From a virus (lineage: Duplodnaviria > Caudoviricetes), in the IMG/VR virus record IMGVR_UViG_3300037418_002651, positions 5,299 to 69,298 of that record: a DNA stretch of 64,000 nt; one strand, given 5' to 3'. A model generated the notes under the pieces. The model made no database searches. It saw only the letters and a list, made by a program, of their open reading frames with translations, and had not been told where the DNA came from. Within the stretch, counting starts at the first letter, position 1; every line of letters starts with the position of its first letter. Both the position numbers and the translations under genes were made by a program. Positions 19,602 through 29,025 of this stretch are shown here, piece by piece.

Positions 19602-20177
19602 ATGAAGGTCCGCCTCAGCATGACCGGAACCAGTGCCCTGCTCATGCACAACGCCCGTCTGTCCGACCCGCTCGACCCCGTCACCAAGCAGCTCAAGGCC
19701 GTGTCCTCGAAGCGCACGAAGACGGATGACGACCAGGAGGAGATGGCCCGGATCGAGTTCCTGGGCGGTCTGTACTTCGATGAGGTCGCCGGTCCGTACG
19801 TCCCCGCCGTCAACGTCCACCGGTGCCTGGTGGAGGGGGCGAAGCTGAACAAGCTCGGCCGTCACGTGGAGCGTGGCGTCGTCCAGGTGGACGAGATCTG
19901 CCCGCTCGGCTACAAGGGCCCCAGGACCATCGAAGAGCTGTGGGCCGACAAGAACTTCGTCTCCCGGCTGTCCGTCGGCGTGACGACCTCTCGGGTCATG
20001 CGTACGCGCCCGCAGTTCCGCCAGTGGGTCCTGGAGGCCGACTTCATGGTGGACACCGGCCAGCTCGACCTGGGCACCTTCGCCGAGGTCGCCGAGAAGG
20101 CGGGCGCGATGATCGGGATCGGCGACTACCGCCCCCGCTTCGGCCGCTTCGAAGCCTCCGTCCAGCAGATCGACTAG
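19602..20177 (+). CDS. Stand-alone Cas7/RAMP-like protein
   Basis: RAMP hallmarks: N-terminal strand plus ALLMHN, PYVPAVNVHRCLVEGAK (compare Cas7/Csm3 YIPGSSLKG), C-terminal Gly-rich loop GIGDYRPRFGRF; RBS GGAGG before ATG 19602. Confidence 0.7.
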   Translation: MKVRLSMTGTSALLMHNARLSDPLDPVTKQLKAVSSKRTKTDDDQEEMARIEFLGGLYFDEVAGPYVPAVNVHRCLVEGAKLNKLGRHVERGVVQVDEICPLGYKGPRTIEELWADKNFVSRLSVGVTTSRVMRTRPQFRQWVLEADFMVDTGQLDLGTFAEVAEKAGAMIGIGDYRPRFGRFEASVQQID

Positions 20178-20187
20178 GAGGACACGC

Positions 20188-20724
20188 GTGAACCCCTTCG
20201 AGCCCAAGGGCCCCGTGGCCAAGTGGGAGCTGATCTACGAGCACCTCGCCGACCTGGGCGTGGGCCAGACGGTCACCTATGAGGACCTGTCCTCGTGGGT
20301 CGGCCACGACATCCGCGAGAACCGCAGCCCGTATTACCAGGCGGTGAAGAAGCTCCGCGAGAAGGAGCACCGGACCCTGGTGAACGTCCAGGGTGTCGGC
20401 TACAAGGTGGTGGACGCGACTCAGCACGGCGAGATCGCCCGGCACCACACCCAGAAGGCGAACCGTCAGGTCACTAAGGCCCGGCACGTCCTGAGCAACA
20501 CCGACTACAACGATCTGCCGCCGGAGATTGCCCAGCGCTTCCAGGCGCAGGAGCAGAAGCTCGGCAACCTCCAGACCCTGACGCGCTCTCTCGCACGCCG
20601 TCAGGACAAGCTGGAGAGCACCCTGAAGGCCGTCCGCCGTGAATCCAAGGAGAACGTGGCGGAGCTGAACGAGCGGCTGGCGCGGCTGGAGCGTATGGTC
20701 CAGCCGGAGGCCAAGTCCGCCTGA
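20188..20724 (+). CDS. Putative winged-helix plus coiled-coil protein, co-transcribed with the Cas7-like gene
   Basis: 178 aa, RBS AGGAGG; N-terminal wHTH-like (VTYEDLS...NVQGVGYKVV), C-terminal heptads. Confidence 0.55.
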   Translation: MNPFEPKGPVAKWELIYEHLADLGVGQTVTYEDLSSWVGHDIRENRSPYYQAVKKLREKEHRTLVNVQGVGYKVVDATQHGEIARHHTQKANRQVTKARHVLSNTDYNDLPPEIAQRFQAQEQKLGNLQTLTRSLARRQDKLESTLKAVRRESKENVAELNERLARLERMVQPEAKSA

Positions 20725-20732
20725 TCTTTCAG

Positions 20733-20815
20733 GGCTCGGCACGGCTGAGGCACGGCTGGGCTAGGCCGGGCACGGCGTGGCAAGGCAGGGAGAAGGGGTC
20801 CTTCGGGACCCCTTC
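20733..20815 (+). ncRNA. GGY-NN pentamer array 2 plus hairpin
   Basis: 11 GGC-NN units (one extra A at 20748), then GGA-GAAGGGGTCC-TTCG-GGACCCCTTC. Confidence 0.75.
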
Positions 20816-20832
20816 GTCATGAGGAGGTTTCT

Positions 20833-21009
20833 ATGGCGCGACGTGAGTTGAGCGCGGAGAAGAAGGCGGAGAGGGACCGCCTGGATGACGAGTGGGTACA
20901 GCGGCAGTTGGAGAAGGCTCCTCTGCTGACCGTGCGGCAGATCCAGATGCTCCGGCGGCTGAAGACGGATCTGACCCGGAAAGCGCTGGACTCCCGGGAT
21001 AGGCCTTGA
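20833..21009 (+). CDS. 58-aa hypothetical protein between arrays 2 and 3
   Basis: Read by hand: RBS GAGGAGG, MARRELSAEKKAERDRLDDEWVQRQLEKAPLLT...DRP stop. Confidence 0.6.
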   Translation: MARRELSAEKKAERDRLDDEWVQRQLEKAPLLTVRQIQMLRRLKTDLTRKALDSRDRP

Positions 21010-21029
21010 TAGAGTTAAGGCCTGGTCAT

Positions 21030-21154
21030 GGCTGGGCAGGGCTCCGCGTGGCAAGGTCTGGCGAGGAATGGCATGGCTAGGCGCGGTTGGGTCCGGTAGG
21101 GCTCGGCAAGGCATGGGGAAGGCCCCCTCTCGAATTCTCGGGAGGGGGCCTTCC
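21030..21154 (+). ncRNA. GGY-NN pentamer array 3 plus hairpin
   Basis: 17 in-phase pentamers (two degenerate: CGCGT, GGAAT), then GGAAGGCCCCCTC...GAGGGGGCCTTCC; upstream -10 TAGAGT. Confidence 0.75.
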
Positions 21155-21172
21155 AGCGTCCGTATGGCCGGA

Positions 21173-22162
21173 CTACGCCTTGGTGATGGTGGCGATGCCC
21201 CTCGGGTTCAAAATGGACATATTGACCATTTCGTCGAAAACCCAACCCTTCCAGAAGGCTTCGACCATGTGGTTCTCTTCCACGTCCAAGCTGTACAGAA
21301 CGGGGAAAACGCCCAGGAAGTTGGGCTCGGGGGTCAGGAAGACCTTGCCCTGAGGCACGATGATCGAGCGCTGGATCTGGAATTCGCCGAACGAGGTGAT
21401 GGTCTCGCCCGCGACGACCCGGTCCTTGAATGCCCAGCCCGTCTGGTTGATGTCCCAGCGGTACATGTCACGGAAGTCGAACGGATTGATGAGAATCCGC
21501 GCCGACTGGAGTTCGTGCATGTCCGTCATGGCGACGGCGCTGTACAGCGAACCCGGCGTCAAATAGCCCGACGCCTCCGTGATGTTGTGGTTCGGGGTGA
21601 CCGTGTGGTCCGGCCGGGTGGCGTAGTCCGTGAGGGCCGCCTGGAGCAGAACGAGAAGGCGGGTGTCCTCCTGCTTGAGGATCGCCTGCTTGGTCTCGTC
21701 CTGGGCCTGCTCGACCGCGTTGATACGCAGGTAGAACAGGTCCTCCTTGCGGATCGCCGGGCGGCTCGCGATGCGGAAGAACCGCACCGGCACGCGCTTG
21801 CCCTCGAACGGGGTCACGCGGACCTCGCCCTCGGTGCCGCTCATGATGTACGCCTGACCCAAATCGTCCCAGACGTCGTATTCGACGGGAGTGCCCGGGG
21901 TGACCGGGTCCTCCACGAGCACGTTTCGGGTGATGCCCTGGTAGCGCAGCTTCAACTGGATGGGGCCCACCATGCCGACGCCGAGACGGCGGATACCGCC
22001 GACCTCGTCGGAGAGGATGAGCGCCATCTTCTGGACCTTCGCCTCGTGAGAGAGCGGGGCGCTCTTCTCGCGGCGGGCGATGATCGCGGAAGCGTAGTCG
22101 TCCGACTTCCGGGCGATGCGGCCACGGAGGGACGAGGTGGTTGCGAGGGTCTGAGTCGTCAT
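21173..22162 (-). CDS. Major capsid protein
   Basis: 329 aa with strong codon bias; follows the scaffold and decoration genes; resembles Bxz1-type capsid proteins from recollection. Confidence 0.75.
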   Translation of the reverse strand: MTTQTLATTSSLRGRIARKSDDYASAIIARREKSAPLSHEAKVQKMALILSDEVGGIRRLGVGMVGPIQLKLRYQGITRNVLVEDPVTPGTPVEYDVWDDLGQAYIMSGTEGEVRVTPFEGKRVPVRFFRIASRPAIRKEDLFYLRINAVEQAQDETKQAILKQEDTRLLVLLQAALTDYATRPDHTVTPNHNITEASGYLTPGSLYSAVAMTDMHELQSARILINPFDFRDMYRWDINQTGWAFKDRVVAGETITSFGEFQIQRSIIVPQGKVFLTPEPNFLGVFPVLYSLDVEENHMVEAFWKGWVFDEMVNMSILNPRGIATITKA

Positions 22163-22171
22163 GGCCAGCTC

Positions 22172-22681
22172 CTAGTACTTCTGGCGGAGACCACCGATGG
22201 TGATCTTCGTAGCGGAGTTGACCTTGAGCAGGCGGGCGACCGGCTGCGCGGACGCGCCGGAGGTACCCGCCGGGACCAGCTTGCCTCGGTTGGCACCGGC
22301 CGTCTGGGCGTAGATCAGGGCCTCGGTGCCGTCACCGGGGTCCGTCCAGGTCGCCGTGGTGTCGAAGGCCGGGGCCAGGATCTCGAACTCCGCGTCGGGC
22401 GCGAGCTTCCAGACGGCGAAGGTGTTGATCCCGGCGTCCAGCGGCTCATCGATGCCGTCGCCGCCGACGTAGAGGCCACCGAGGCCGTACGGCACGCCGG
22501 TGGCGTTGATCAGGGTGACGTTCTCACCGGCGGTCTTCATGAAGACCATGCCAGGCCAGATGGCCACCGAGCGGTCCCACGCGGGGTCCAGGAAGCAGGA
22601 AGCGGGCGTGCTCTGGGTCCAGCCGTACAGAGGACGGATCGTCCGCTTGATGTACGACGTTGCCATACGAGTGCGAAGCAC
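22172..22681 (-). CDS. Capsid decoration/cement protein (putative)
   Basis: GTG 22681 with RBS GGGAGG; immediately upstream of the capsid gene. Confidence 0.5.
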   Translation of the reverse strand: MLRTRMATSYIKRTIRPLYGWTQSTPASCFLDPAWDRSVAIWPGMVFMKTAGENVTLINATGVPYGLGGLYVGGDGIDEPLDAGINTFAVWKLAPDAEFEILAPAFDTTATWTDPGDGTEALIYAQTAGANRGKLVPAGTSGASAQPVARLLKVNSATKITIGGLRQKY

Positions 22682-22815
22682 CTGCTTACCTCCCATCTCG
22701 CTATACGTATCGGACAGTTCCCGAGCCGTCTGCCCGATGTGGGTCGCAAGACGGTCTCCTCACCCTCTCTGTGCTCTCGCACCAAGAAAGACAGGATCAA
22801 GTCCTGAAAACGCCT

Positions 22816-22850
22816 CGGCCCCCTCCCAGAGCGCTGGTTGAGGGGGCCGA
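22816..22850. terminator. Hairpin between scaffold and decoration genes
   Basis: CTCGGCCCCCTC...GAGGGGGCCGAG. Confidence 0.5.
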
Positions 22851-22865
22851 GATCCAGGCGGGACT

Positions 22866-23804
22866 CTAGTCGAAGAGGACCTCCGCGTCCTCGTCCACCA
22901 CGCCGACGGCACCGGCCACCGAGGTGATCGGAGCGGGCTGGGTCACGAGGGACGGCATGGTCCGCTGGACGCCCTGGGTGTTCGCCGCCGCACGCGGAAC
23001 GAGACCGGCCGGACGCTCCTTCTTGGCCGCCGCCTTGGTCACCTGGGACAGGGTGGCGATCTCGCGGCGGATCATCGCGTCGGACAGGGACCGGTCGGCC
23101 TCGATACCGGCCGCCACCGCGAGGTCGTCGCCCCGGGCGATTCCGGCCGCGATCTGGAGCCGGGCCAGGCGGATGGAGGCCATGGTGCGGTGCGAGGAGA
23201 TCTGGCTCATCTCACCGTCGCGGGGCGGCGTGGTGCCCTGCTGCTGCGAGGGGCCGAAGGCCGGGTTCAGCGGGTAGGCCGTCTCCGGGTTCATCGGGTC
23301 GCCCACGCGGACGTCGGTCTCGATGCGGGTCGTCTCCGGCGGGGTGTGGGTCTCGGTACCGGCGACCGGCGCGGAGACGTCCACGAGGTTGTTGTACGGC
23401 TCGGTGGGCAGCGTGACACCCGGGTCCATCGGGGTGGCCGTGGTCTCGGCCGCCACACCCTGGTTGGCGCCCGGGGTCTGGCCGATCTGGTTCGGGTTGT
23501 CGTACGCCTCCGGGGTGGCCGCCTCTTCGGTGGACTCCGTGGCGGGCTGGGAGGCCGGGTTCGGGACCGGCTGGGCCGGGTTGTCCGCGTCGGCCTTCTT
23601 GCGCATCTGGTCGGCCTTCACGCGGATCGCGTTCAGCTCCTCCGAGACACCGGCCAGGCGGGCCACGTAGGCGAGCTGAAGCTGAAGGACGGCGTTGTCG
23701 TGCTCCAGCTTCTCGTTGCGGGCCGCGAGCTTGTTCAGGACGCTCTGCTGAGACGCCATGGCGGCCATGAGCGGTCGGTTACCCGACTGGGTCTTTGCAC
23801 CCAT
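22866..23804 (-). CDS. Scaffolding protein (putative)
   Basis: N-terminal coiled coil, Pro/Thr-rich middle, between protease and capsid genes. Confidence 0.55.
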   Translation of the reverse strand: MGAKTQSGNRPLMAAMASQQSVLNKLAARNEKLEHDNAVLQLQLAYVARLAGVSEELNAIRVKADQMRKKADADNPAQPVPNPASQPATESTEEAATPEAYDNPNQIGQTPGANQGVAAETTATPMDPGVTLPTEPYNNLVDVSAPVAGTETHTPPETTRIETDVRVGDPMNPETAYPLNPAFGPSQQQGTTPPRDGEMSQISSHRTMASIRLARLQIAAGIARGDDLAVAAGIEADRSLSDAMIRREIATLSQVTKAAAKKERPAGLVPRAAANTQGVQRTMPSLVTQPAPITSVAGAVGVVDEDAEVLFD

Positions 23805-23881
23805 GAGATGTACTTCCTCTGGTTCGGGCTCACGGCGGGCCGTGGGCAAGGTCTTCACCCCTTACGGGGCCTGGTGCTGGA

Positions 23882-26209
23882 TCAGACAGGCATCGGAACG
23901 CTCGTCTCGCCCTGGACTTCGGCCGGGCTCAGGAGCTGAGCGGCGCCGCAGTTCGGGCAGACATCTCCCGCCTGGACTCCGTCCATCTCGGCCACGCCCT
24001 CGTTCGGGAGCTGCTGAGTGTCCATGTCGATCGAGGTCGGCTGGGCTGCCTCGGCCGTGAACCCACAGTTGGGGCACATCAGGTCGGGCACTCCGTCCCC
24101 CGGCGTCCCAGGGGCTCCCTGACCCGCGTCCGGGTCCAGGGGCTGACCGTCCTCGTCCATGTCCTCGGGGGTCATGGGACCCTCGGGGCCTTCGGGCTCG
24201 CCGGGACCCTCGGGCATGTTGGGCCCGGGGGTGAACGGCTGACCCATGTTGGTGGTCGCATCCCCGGGGAGGGCCTGCGGACCGATCGGCGTCCCGTCCG
24301 GCAGCGTCATCTGCGCTCCGGGCAGAGGCTGGCCGTCAGGACCGATGAGAGAGGGGTCAACGGGCTCCCCGTCCTCGTCGGGAATCTGGCCGTCCTCCCC
24401 GAGCGCGTTGGGGTCCATGGGGTCGCCGTCCGGCTGCACCTCGGCCTGTACTTCTCCGGGGAGCGTGCCGGGCTGCTGCTCCTGGTCCGCAGCGTCCGGG
24501 TTGATCGGGTTGCCGTTCTCGTCCAGGGCGTCCGGATCCATCGGGTCCCCGACGGGCTGGCCATCGGGGCCGACCTGGTTGGGGTTAGCCGGGTCGTTGA
24601 ACTCTGCGACGTCCTTCCGCAGGTCCATCTGCCGGGCCTTCTCCAGGTCCGGGTCCTGGAAGATCTTGGGTGGTGCGACGTAGCCGCAGACCTCGCAGGT
24701 GTCGCCGTCGAAGGTGTCCCTGTCGCCGCAGACGGGGCAGGCGTCCTCGCGCAGGGTGTCGACGTCCATCGGGGCCTTCTGCTCGCCGTAAGCCGTCTTG
24801 CGGGAGTACTTCGCCTGCAAGTCCTTCTCCCACTGCGGCTGGTTGCCCGGGTGCTCTTCGGCTCCGTGGTACGGAGCCTTCTCGCCGTCGCCGGAAGGCT
24901 CGTTGGGGTAGGGCGAGTAGGCCACGTAGGCGCGCACGGTCTTCTGGTTCGCCAACTTGGCGCCTTCGGCACGGTGGTGACCGTCGGCAACCTGGTAGAC
25001 GCCGTGGCGGTGTACCAGGACCAGCGGCGGCACTTGCTCCGGGTTGCTGCGGTAGCCCTCTGCGGCATACCGCACGCGGCCGTCCCCGCTCCCATGTCGG
25101 GCATGGTCGATGTTGTAGGGGTCGACATGCTCCGAGTGGAATGTCAGGTCCCAGGAGCCATGCTCGTCGGCATCAGGGTCCTCCGGCCGGGAGTGGGCCA
25201 GATGACTCGCCGCCCAGCCGATGCCCTCGCCGTCGCCCTCCACATCTTCACCGTGGATCTCCCGGTCACCGTAAATATCCGGGTGGCGCTCGCCGATCTG
25301 GTCCCAGCTCTGGGACTCCCCCTCGGTCCAGCCGTCGGACGAGGAGGCCGTCTTGCGGGCCGCCTGAGCCCTCTGGCCGAGGTCTGCGAGGTTGATCCGC
25401 TTGGACTCCTTCTTGTCCTCCGTGCGGTGCTTGATCTCACCGCAGTAGGCCTCGGGGTCGTCCTTGTCGGAGTTCTGCTCGGTGCAGTTCTCGAAGTCTT
25501 TGTAGTCCGCGAAGGGGGCGCCCTTGCGCATCGCGGTGTTCTGAAGGCCCCGGGTGTCGACTCCCAGGAAGTACGCCGTGGGGTCGGCTGGGGGCTCCAC
25601 CAGGAGGCTGTTCTCGAAGAACTTCAGGCCGTAGCAGGTCTCGCGGATGATCTCGCCGACCTTCTGGCCGGAGGCCGTCCGGCGGTAGAGCATCATGCCC
25701 TTGGAGGCCGGGATGTGCTGGCAGTACTCGGCCGGGGTGGTTGCCTTGTTGCCGCAGGCGGAGCAGACGCTGAAGGCCACGTCGCACCCCATGGAGGTGC
25801 GCGCGATGTTGCCCGCCAGGATCTCCTTGGCCAGCCGGGGGAAGCGGACCGCGTCCACCTCCATGAGGACTTCGACCCAGTAGTCCTTCGAGCCGTCGCG
25901 GTTGGAGTCCTTGTGGAGGGCCGCGTCGATGATCACGCCACGAGCCCTCTTGTGGTCGTGGTTCACGTGGTTGACGAAGACCGGCTTGCCCTTGAAGGAC
26001 GCGTACGCCTTCTCCAGCTCTTCCGCCGGAAACTCATCGAAGTTGTCGTTGCACCGACTGCTGATGGCCCGCGAGCGGACGTACAGGTATCCCGGCCTCA
26101 CCTCGTAGTTGAAGTGGTGCCGGTGAGCGAACCTCCGCAACTCACGGCGACTCGCGCCCTTCGGGGCGAGGTCCGCTGTCATGATCGCAGCGCTCGCGTA
26201 CTTCAGCAT
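23882..26209 (-). CDS. Capsid maturation protease with inserted ParB-like module and Zn ribbons
   Basis: Start MLKYASA at 26209; FKGKPVFVNH...GVIIDA...SMGCDV.FS.CS.C protease-like region; insert PPLVLV...YQVADGHHRAEG; C-terminal CPVC/CEVC/CPNC motifs. Confidence 0.6.
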   Translation of the reverse strand: MLKYASAAIMTADLAPKGASRRELRRFAHRHHFNYEVRPGYLYVRSRAISSRCNDNFDEFPAEELEKAYASFKGKPVFVNHVNHDHKRARGVIIDAALHKDSNRDGSKDYWVEVLMEVDAVRFPRLAKEILAGNIARTSMGCDVAFSVCSACGNKATTPAEYCQHIPASKGMMLYRRTASGQKVGEIIRETCYGLKFFENSLLVEPPADPTAYFLGVDTRGLQNTAMRKGAPFADYKDFENCTEQNSDKDDPEAYCGEIKHRTEDKKESKRINLADLGQRAQAARKTASSSDGWTEGESQSWDQIGERHPDIYGDREIHGEDVEGDGEGIGWAASHLAHSRPEDPDADEHGSWDLTFHSEHVDPYNIDHARHGSGDGRVRYAAEGYRSNPEQVPPLVLVHRHGVYQVADGHHRAEGAKLANQKTVRAYVAYSPYPNEPSGDGEKAPYHGAEEHPGNQPQWEKDLQAKYSRKTAYGEQKAPMDVDTLREDACPVCGDRDTFDGDTCEVCGYVAPPKIFQDPDLEKARQMDLRKDVAEFNDPANPNQVGPDGQPVGDPMDPDALDENGNPINPDAADQEQQPGTLPGEVQAEVQPDGDPMDPNALGEDGQIPDEDGEPVDPSLIGPDGQPLPGAQMTLPDGTPIGPQALPGDATTNMGQPFTPGPNMPEGPGEPEGPEGPMTPEDMDEDGQPLDPDAGQGAPGTPGDGVPDLMCPNCGFTAEAAQPTSIDMDTQQLPNEGVAEMDGVQAGDVCPNCGAAQLLSPAEVQGETSVPMPV

Positions 26210-26354
26210 CGACGCACCTCCACCCCTTCTTCGGGGACGGTCCAATCAGGACAGCAAGACGCCCTCCCAATAGCGATCCGGGCGAGATCTGGGAGGGCGC
26301 TTGGGGGTCTCCATGGGGACAGAGACCCCGGAGCCCGGTCGGAACGGGGGCGTC

Positions 26355-26612
26355 CTAGAGGCTCCTGGGCCCCACTGTGCCCGTCACGTCCGGCCGAGGC
26401 GTGTGCTTCGCGAAATATCCACTCACGAAGGTGACCAGCGACGGGCCGACCACGATCAGGAAGGACTGGGCCCAGCCGGGGAGCGAGCCCAGGAGCTGCT
26501 CGTTTCCGACGGTGCCGTTCAGGACCGCCACGACCACCGTGGACGCGAAGGTGCCCAGGGTCGCCCAGGAGACCTTCTTCTCTATCGGCCCTCGGGCCGC
26601 GTGCTCTGCCAT
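26355..26612 (-). CDS. Holin
   Basis: 85 aa with two hydrophobic helices, directly after the endolysin. Confidence 0.7.
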   Translation of the reverse strand: MAEHAARGPIEKKVSWATLGTFASTVVVAVLNGTVGNEQLLGSLPGWAQSFLIVVGPSLVTFVSGYFAKHTPRPDVTGTVGPRSL

Positions 26613-27590
26613 TTACTCCACCACCTGGAACTTGCCGGTCTTGGCCGCGAGGGCCTTGAGAGAGGTCATGCCCGGGATGCCATTGACGTCCGAGCCGGAC
26701 CAGTGGAGGTTGTGCGCCGCGCTGTAGGCCTTCTGCCACTTGGCGTACGCCTCGACCGTGAGGGAGCCGAACGAGCCGTCCTTGGCGTACTGGGGCGCCA
26801 GGAGATTCAGCGCGTCCAGGGCGGCCTCGACCGGCTTCACATCGTTCGGATGGGTCGTGTGGCCCTGGGCCGCCTTCGGGTCGGTCATGGCCGCCGCGAC
26901 CAGGTTCTTCAGGGACACCTTCGGCTTGACCGCGCCGCCTCCGCCGGAGGGCGGGTTCGAGGACGTGCCCTGGGAGGCCTTCGCGAGGACCTTGTCCATC
27001 GGGAAGAGGCCCGGGTCGCCGTGGAGGTTCTCCGGGACGTGCTGGTGGCCGCAGTGGCCCCTGTAGCCCTCCCACTTGGAGGAGGACATCCGCACGCCGT
27101 TGGAGGACCCGTACGAAGACGGGTAGGCCTTGAAGGTGACCTGCTCGGTCAGCGGCACGCCGTGGTTGTCGTGGAGCCACCGGCAGAAGTCGGCCAGGCC
27201 GCTGACCGCCCAGTCCGGCAGCTCCGGCATGTAGAGGTGCTGGATGCCCTTCTTGGTCCACGACTCGTGGGTGCCGGGGTCGCAGGTGCCCACGACCTCG
27301 ATCTGCACCACGTTCAGGGTGTTGGTCTCGACCCCGCCGGTGAGGTTCACCAGCGCCCGGGACGAGGTGTCGATGTTGAAGTGCTGGTACCAGACCATCT
27401 TCTGGTCCTTGAAGTCCGGCACCACGGTAAGCGTCGGGGCCATGGAGCCGCCGTCGTAGTCCGAGATGGACGGGCCCTCCGTGGAGTGCCAGACGACGGT
27501 GTTCACCTCCATGGCGTCGCCGTCCCACTTGTTCTGGAACCAGTACGCCGAATGGTTGGCGCCCGGGTAGATCTGCGGCCCAGTGGACAT
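26613..27590 (-). CDS. Endolysin, N-acetylmuramoyl-L-alanine amidase (Amidase_2-like)
   Basis: VVWHSTEG...QIEVVG...GHCGHQHVPENLHGDPG Zn ligands; C-terminal peptidoglycan-binding-like DGSFGSLT...DVNGIPG. Confidence 0.85.
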   Translation of the reverse strand: MSTGPQIYPGANHSAYWFQNKWDGDAMEVNTVVWHSTEGPSISDYDGGSMAPTLTVVPDFKDQKMVWYQHFNIDTSSRALVNLTGGVETNTLNVVQIEVVGTCDPGTHESWTKKGIQHLYMPELPDWAVSGLADFCRWLHDNHGVPLTEQVTFKAYPSSYGSSNGVRMSSSKWEGYRGHCGHQHVPENLHGDPGLFPMDKVLAKASQGTSSNPPSGGGGAVKPKVSLKNLVAAAMTDPKAAQGHTTHPNDVKPVEAALDALNLLAPQYAKDGSFGSLTVEAYAKWQKAYSAAHNLHWSGSDVNGIPGMTSLKALAAKTGKFQVVE

Positions 27591-27663
27591 CGTCCGCTCC
27601 TCTTCATGCCGGAGGCCCTCACCCCTTCAAGGGGCTCGGGCCTCATCGAACAGTACGACGGTC

Positions 27664-27927
27664 CTATCGGCAGACAACCTTCACCTTTGCCACCACCGAC
27701 GGATCGACCTTGGTCGGGTCCCCCACCGACCTCCACAGAGCACAGGTGATGGTCGTCAGGTCCGACCGCTCCGTGGACGCCTTCTGGGAAGCCCTGCTCT
27801 GATTGCTCTTGATGGTGTCGGAGTTCAGGTAGGTCACCGCGAGGAACGCGATGATCACCATGAAGATGCCGACGACGATGACGACAAGACCGGTGTTCTG
27901 ACTGGTGTTGGTGGGCTGGGCGGGCAC
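27664..27927 (-). CDS. Small membrane protein (lysis cassette)
   Basis: GTG 27927; single TM helix LVVIVVGIFMVIIAFLAVTYL. Confidence 0.55.
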   Translation of the reverse strand: MPAQPTNTSQNTGLVVIVVGIFMVIIAFLAVTYLNSDTIKSNQSRASQKASTERSDLTTITCALWRSVGDPTKVDPSVVAKVKVVCR

Positions 27928-27937
27928 GGAGCACCCC

Positions 27938-28687
27938 CTAAGACAATCGCTTCCTATCAGACACGATCGCATAGGGAGCTGACATCGCACTGGGCGAATT
28001 CCCAGGCGGGTCTGACGGGGAATGGGACGGGCTCGGAGGGGTGTCGTAGGAGCAGTCGTACGTGGAGCCGTCGCTCTGGAGCGTGCACGTTTCGGTCGTG
28101 CCATCCGCGTGATGGTAGGTCACGGTGCTGGGCATCGTACCGGGATCCCCCTTGGGCCCCTGCTCGCCCTGCGGACCCTGCGGACCAGCCGGTCCGGCGG
28201 GGCCTGCGGGCCCTGCCTCTCCGTTGGCCCCGGGTGCGCCGGAAGGGCCGGTTGTACCAGCAGCACCCGGGGCCCCGTCCTGCCCGTTCACACCGGTGTT
28301 GCCCTGATCGCCCTTCGGGCCACGGGGTCCCGTAGGACCGGGGCTTCCGGTGGGACCGGGAGGCCCCTGCACACCTTGAGGACCCGGGGCTCCCGTATCA
28401 CCCTTGGCACCCTGGACCTGCTCCACCACGCTCTTGGCCGGTGGAGCGGAAGGTGTAATCCCATGATCCTTGAGCTGCTTGCGAGATGAGTCCAGATTGC
28501 TCGCGAGCTGCGAGACGACCTCGGCCTGTTCCGTGTTCTTCCTGGACATGGAGGCCAGTTGGTGCGTGATGTAGAAACCACTGAGGATCATCATGAGGAA
28601 CAGCGCGATGACGCTGTACCTCAGGGCGGCAGCCTGGTTCCTCTCGAACCATCCCCCCGGCTTCGTCTCGACATGGTGTCCGGCCAC
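27938..28687 (-). CDS. Membrane-anchored collagen-like protein
   Basis: TM helix, coiled coil, about 28 Gly-X-Y triplets, Cys pair near the C-terminus. Confidence 0.75.
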   Translation of the reverse strand: MAGHHVETKPGGWFERNQAAALRYSVIALFLMMILSGFYITHQLASMSRKNTEQAEVVSQLASNLDSSRKQLKDHGITPSAPPAKSVVEQVQGAKGDTGAPGPQGVQGPPGPTGSPGPTGPRGPKGDQGNTGVNGQDGAPGAAGTTGPSGAPGANGEAGPAGPAGPAGPQGPQGEQGPKGDPGTMPSTVTYHHADGTTETCTLQSDGSTYDCSYDTPPSPSHSPSDPPGNSPSAMSAPYAIVSDRKRLS

Positions 28688-29025
28688 TACTGAGCACCCT
28701 TCGCGGAGAAATACGCGCTCACTACAATGCCGAGAAGCGTAAGTCCCAGCCCGGCCAGCGCGATCAGGTAGTTGCGCACATTCGCCGGACGCTGCTCGAC
28801 CTTGTCCAAACGGTCCTTGAGGGGTTGGAGGTCGGCGTCGTCGGCCTTGGCCGCCATGCCGGTCTCCAGGTTCGCCAGGCGTCGTTCGATGGTCCTCTGA
28901 TCCGCCATGTAGAGCGTCAGAGGGACCATGTCCCGGGCCATCCTGGCGTCCAGCTCGGAGTGGACTCGGTCATGTCGGTCGACGTGACGGTTGAAGTCGT
29001 CTTTGTTCAGAGGCTCATTCGCCAC
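28687..29025 (-). CDS. Coiled-coil protein with C-terminal TM helix (lysis-associated)
   Basis: Likely GTG 29025 (MANEPLNK...); C-terminal [21 protein letters not shown]. Confidence 0.55.
   Translation of the reverse strand: MANEPLNKDDFNRHVDRHDRVHSELDARMARDMVPLTLYMADQRTIERRLANLETGMAAKADDADLQPLKDRLDKVEQRPANVRNYLIALAGLGLTLLGIVVSAYFSAKGAQ

Noticed and set aside
19433-21154. Classical CRISPR array
   Set aside because: No 25-45 bp direct repeats with unique spacers; the period is 5 nt and no cas1/cas2 is present
24850-25360. Intein in the protease
   Set aside because: No C/S...H-N splice junctions; the insert is ParB-like and bounded by RKTA
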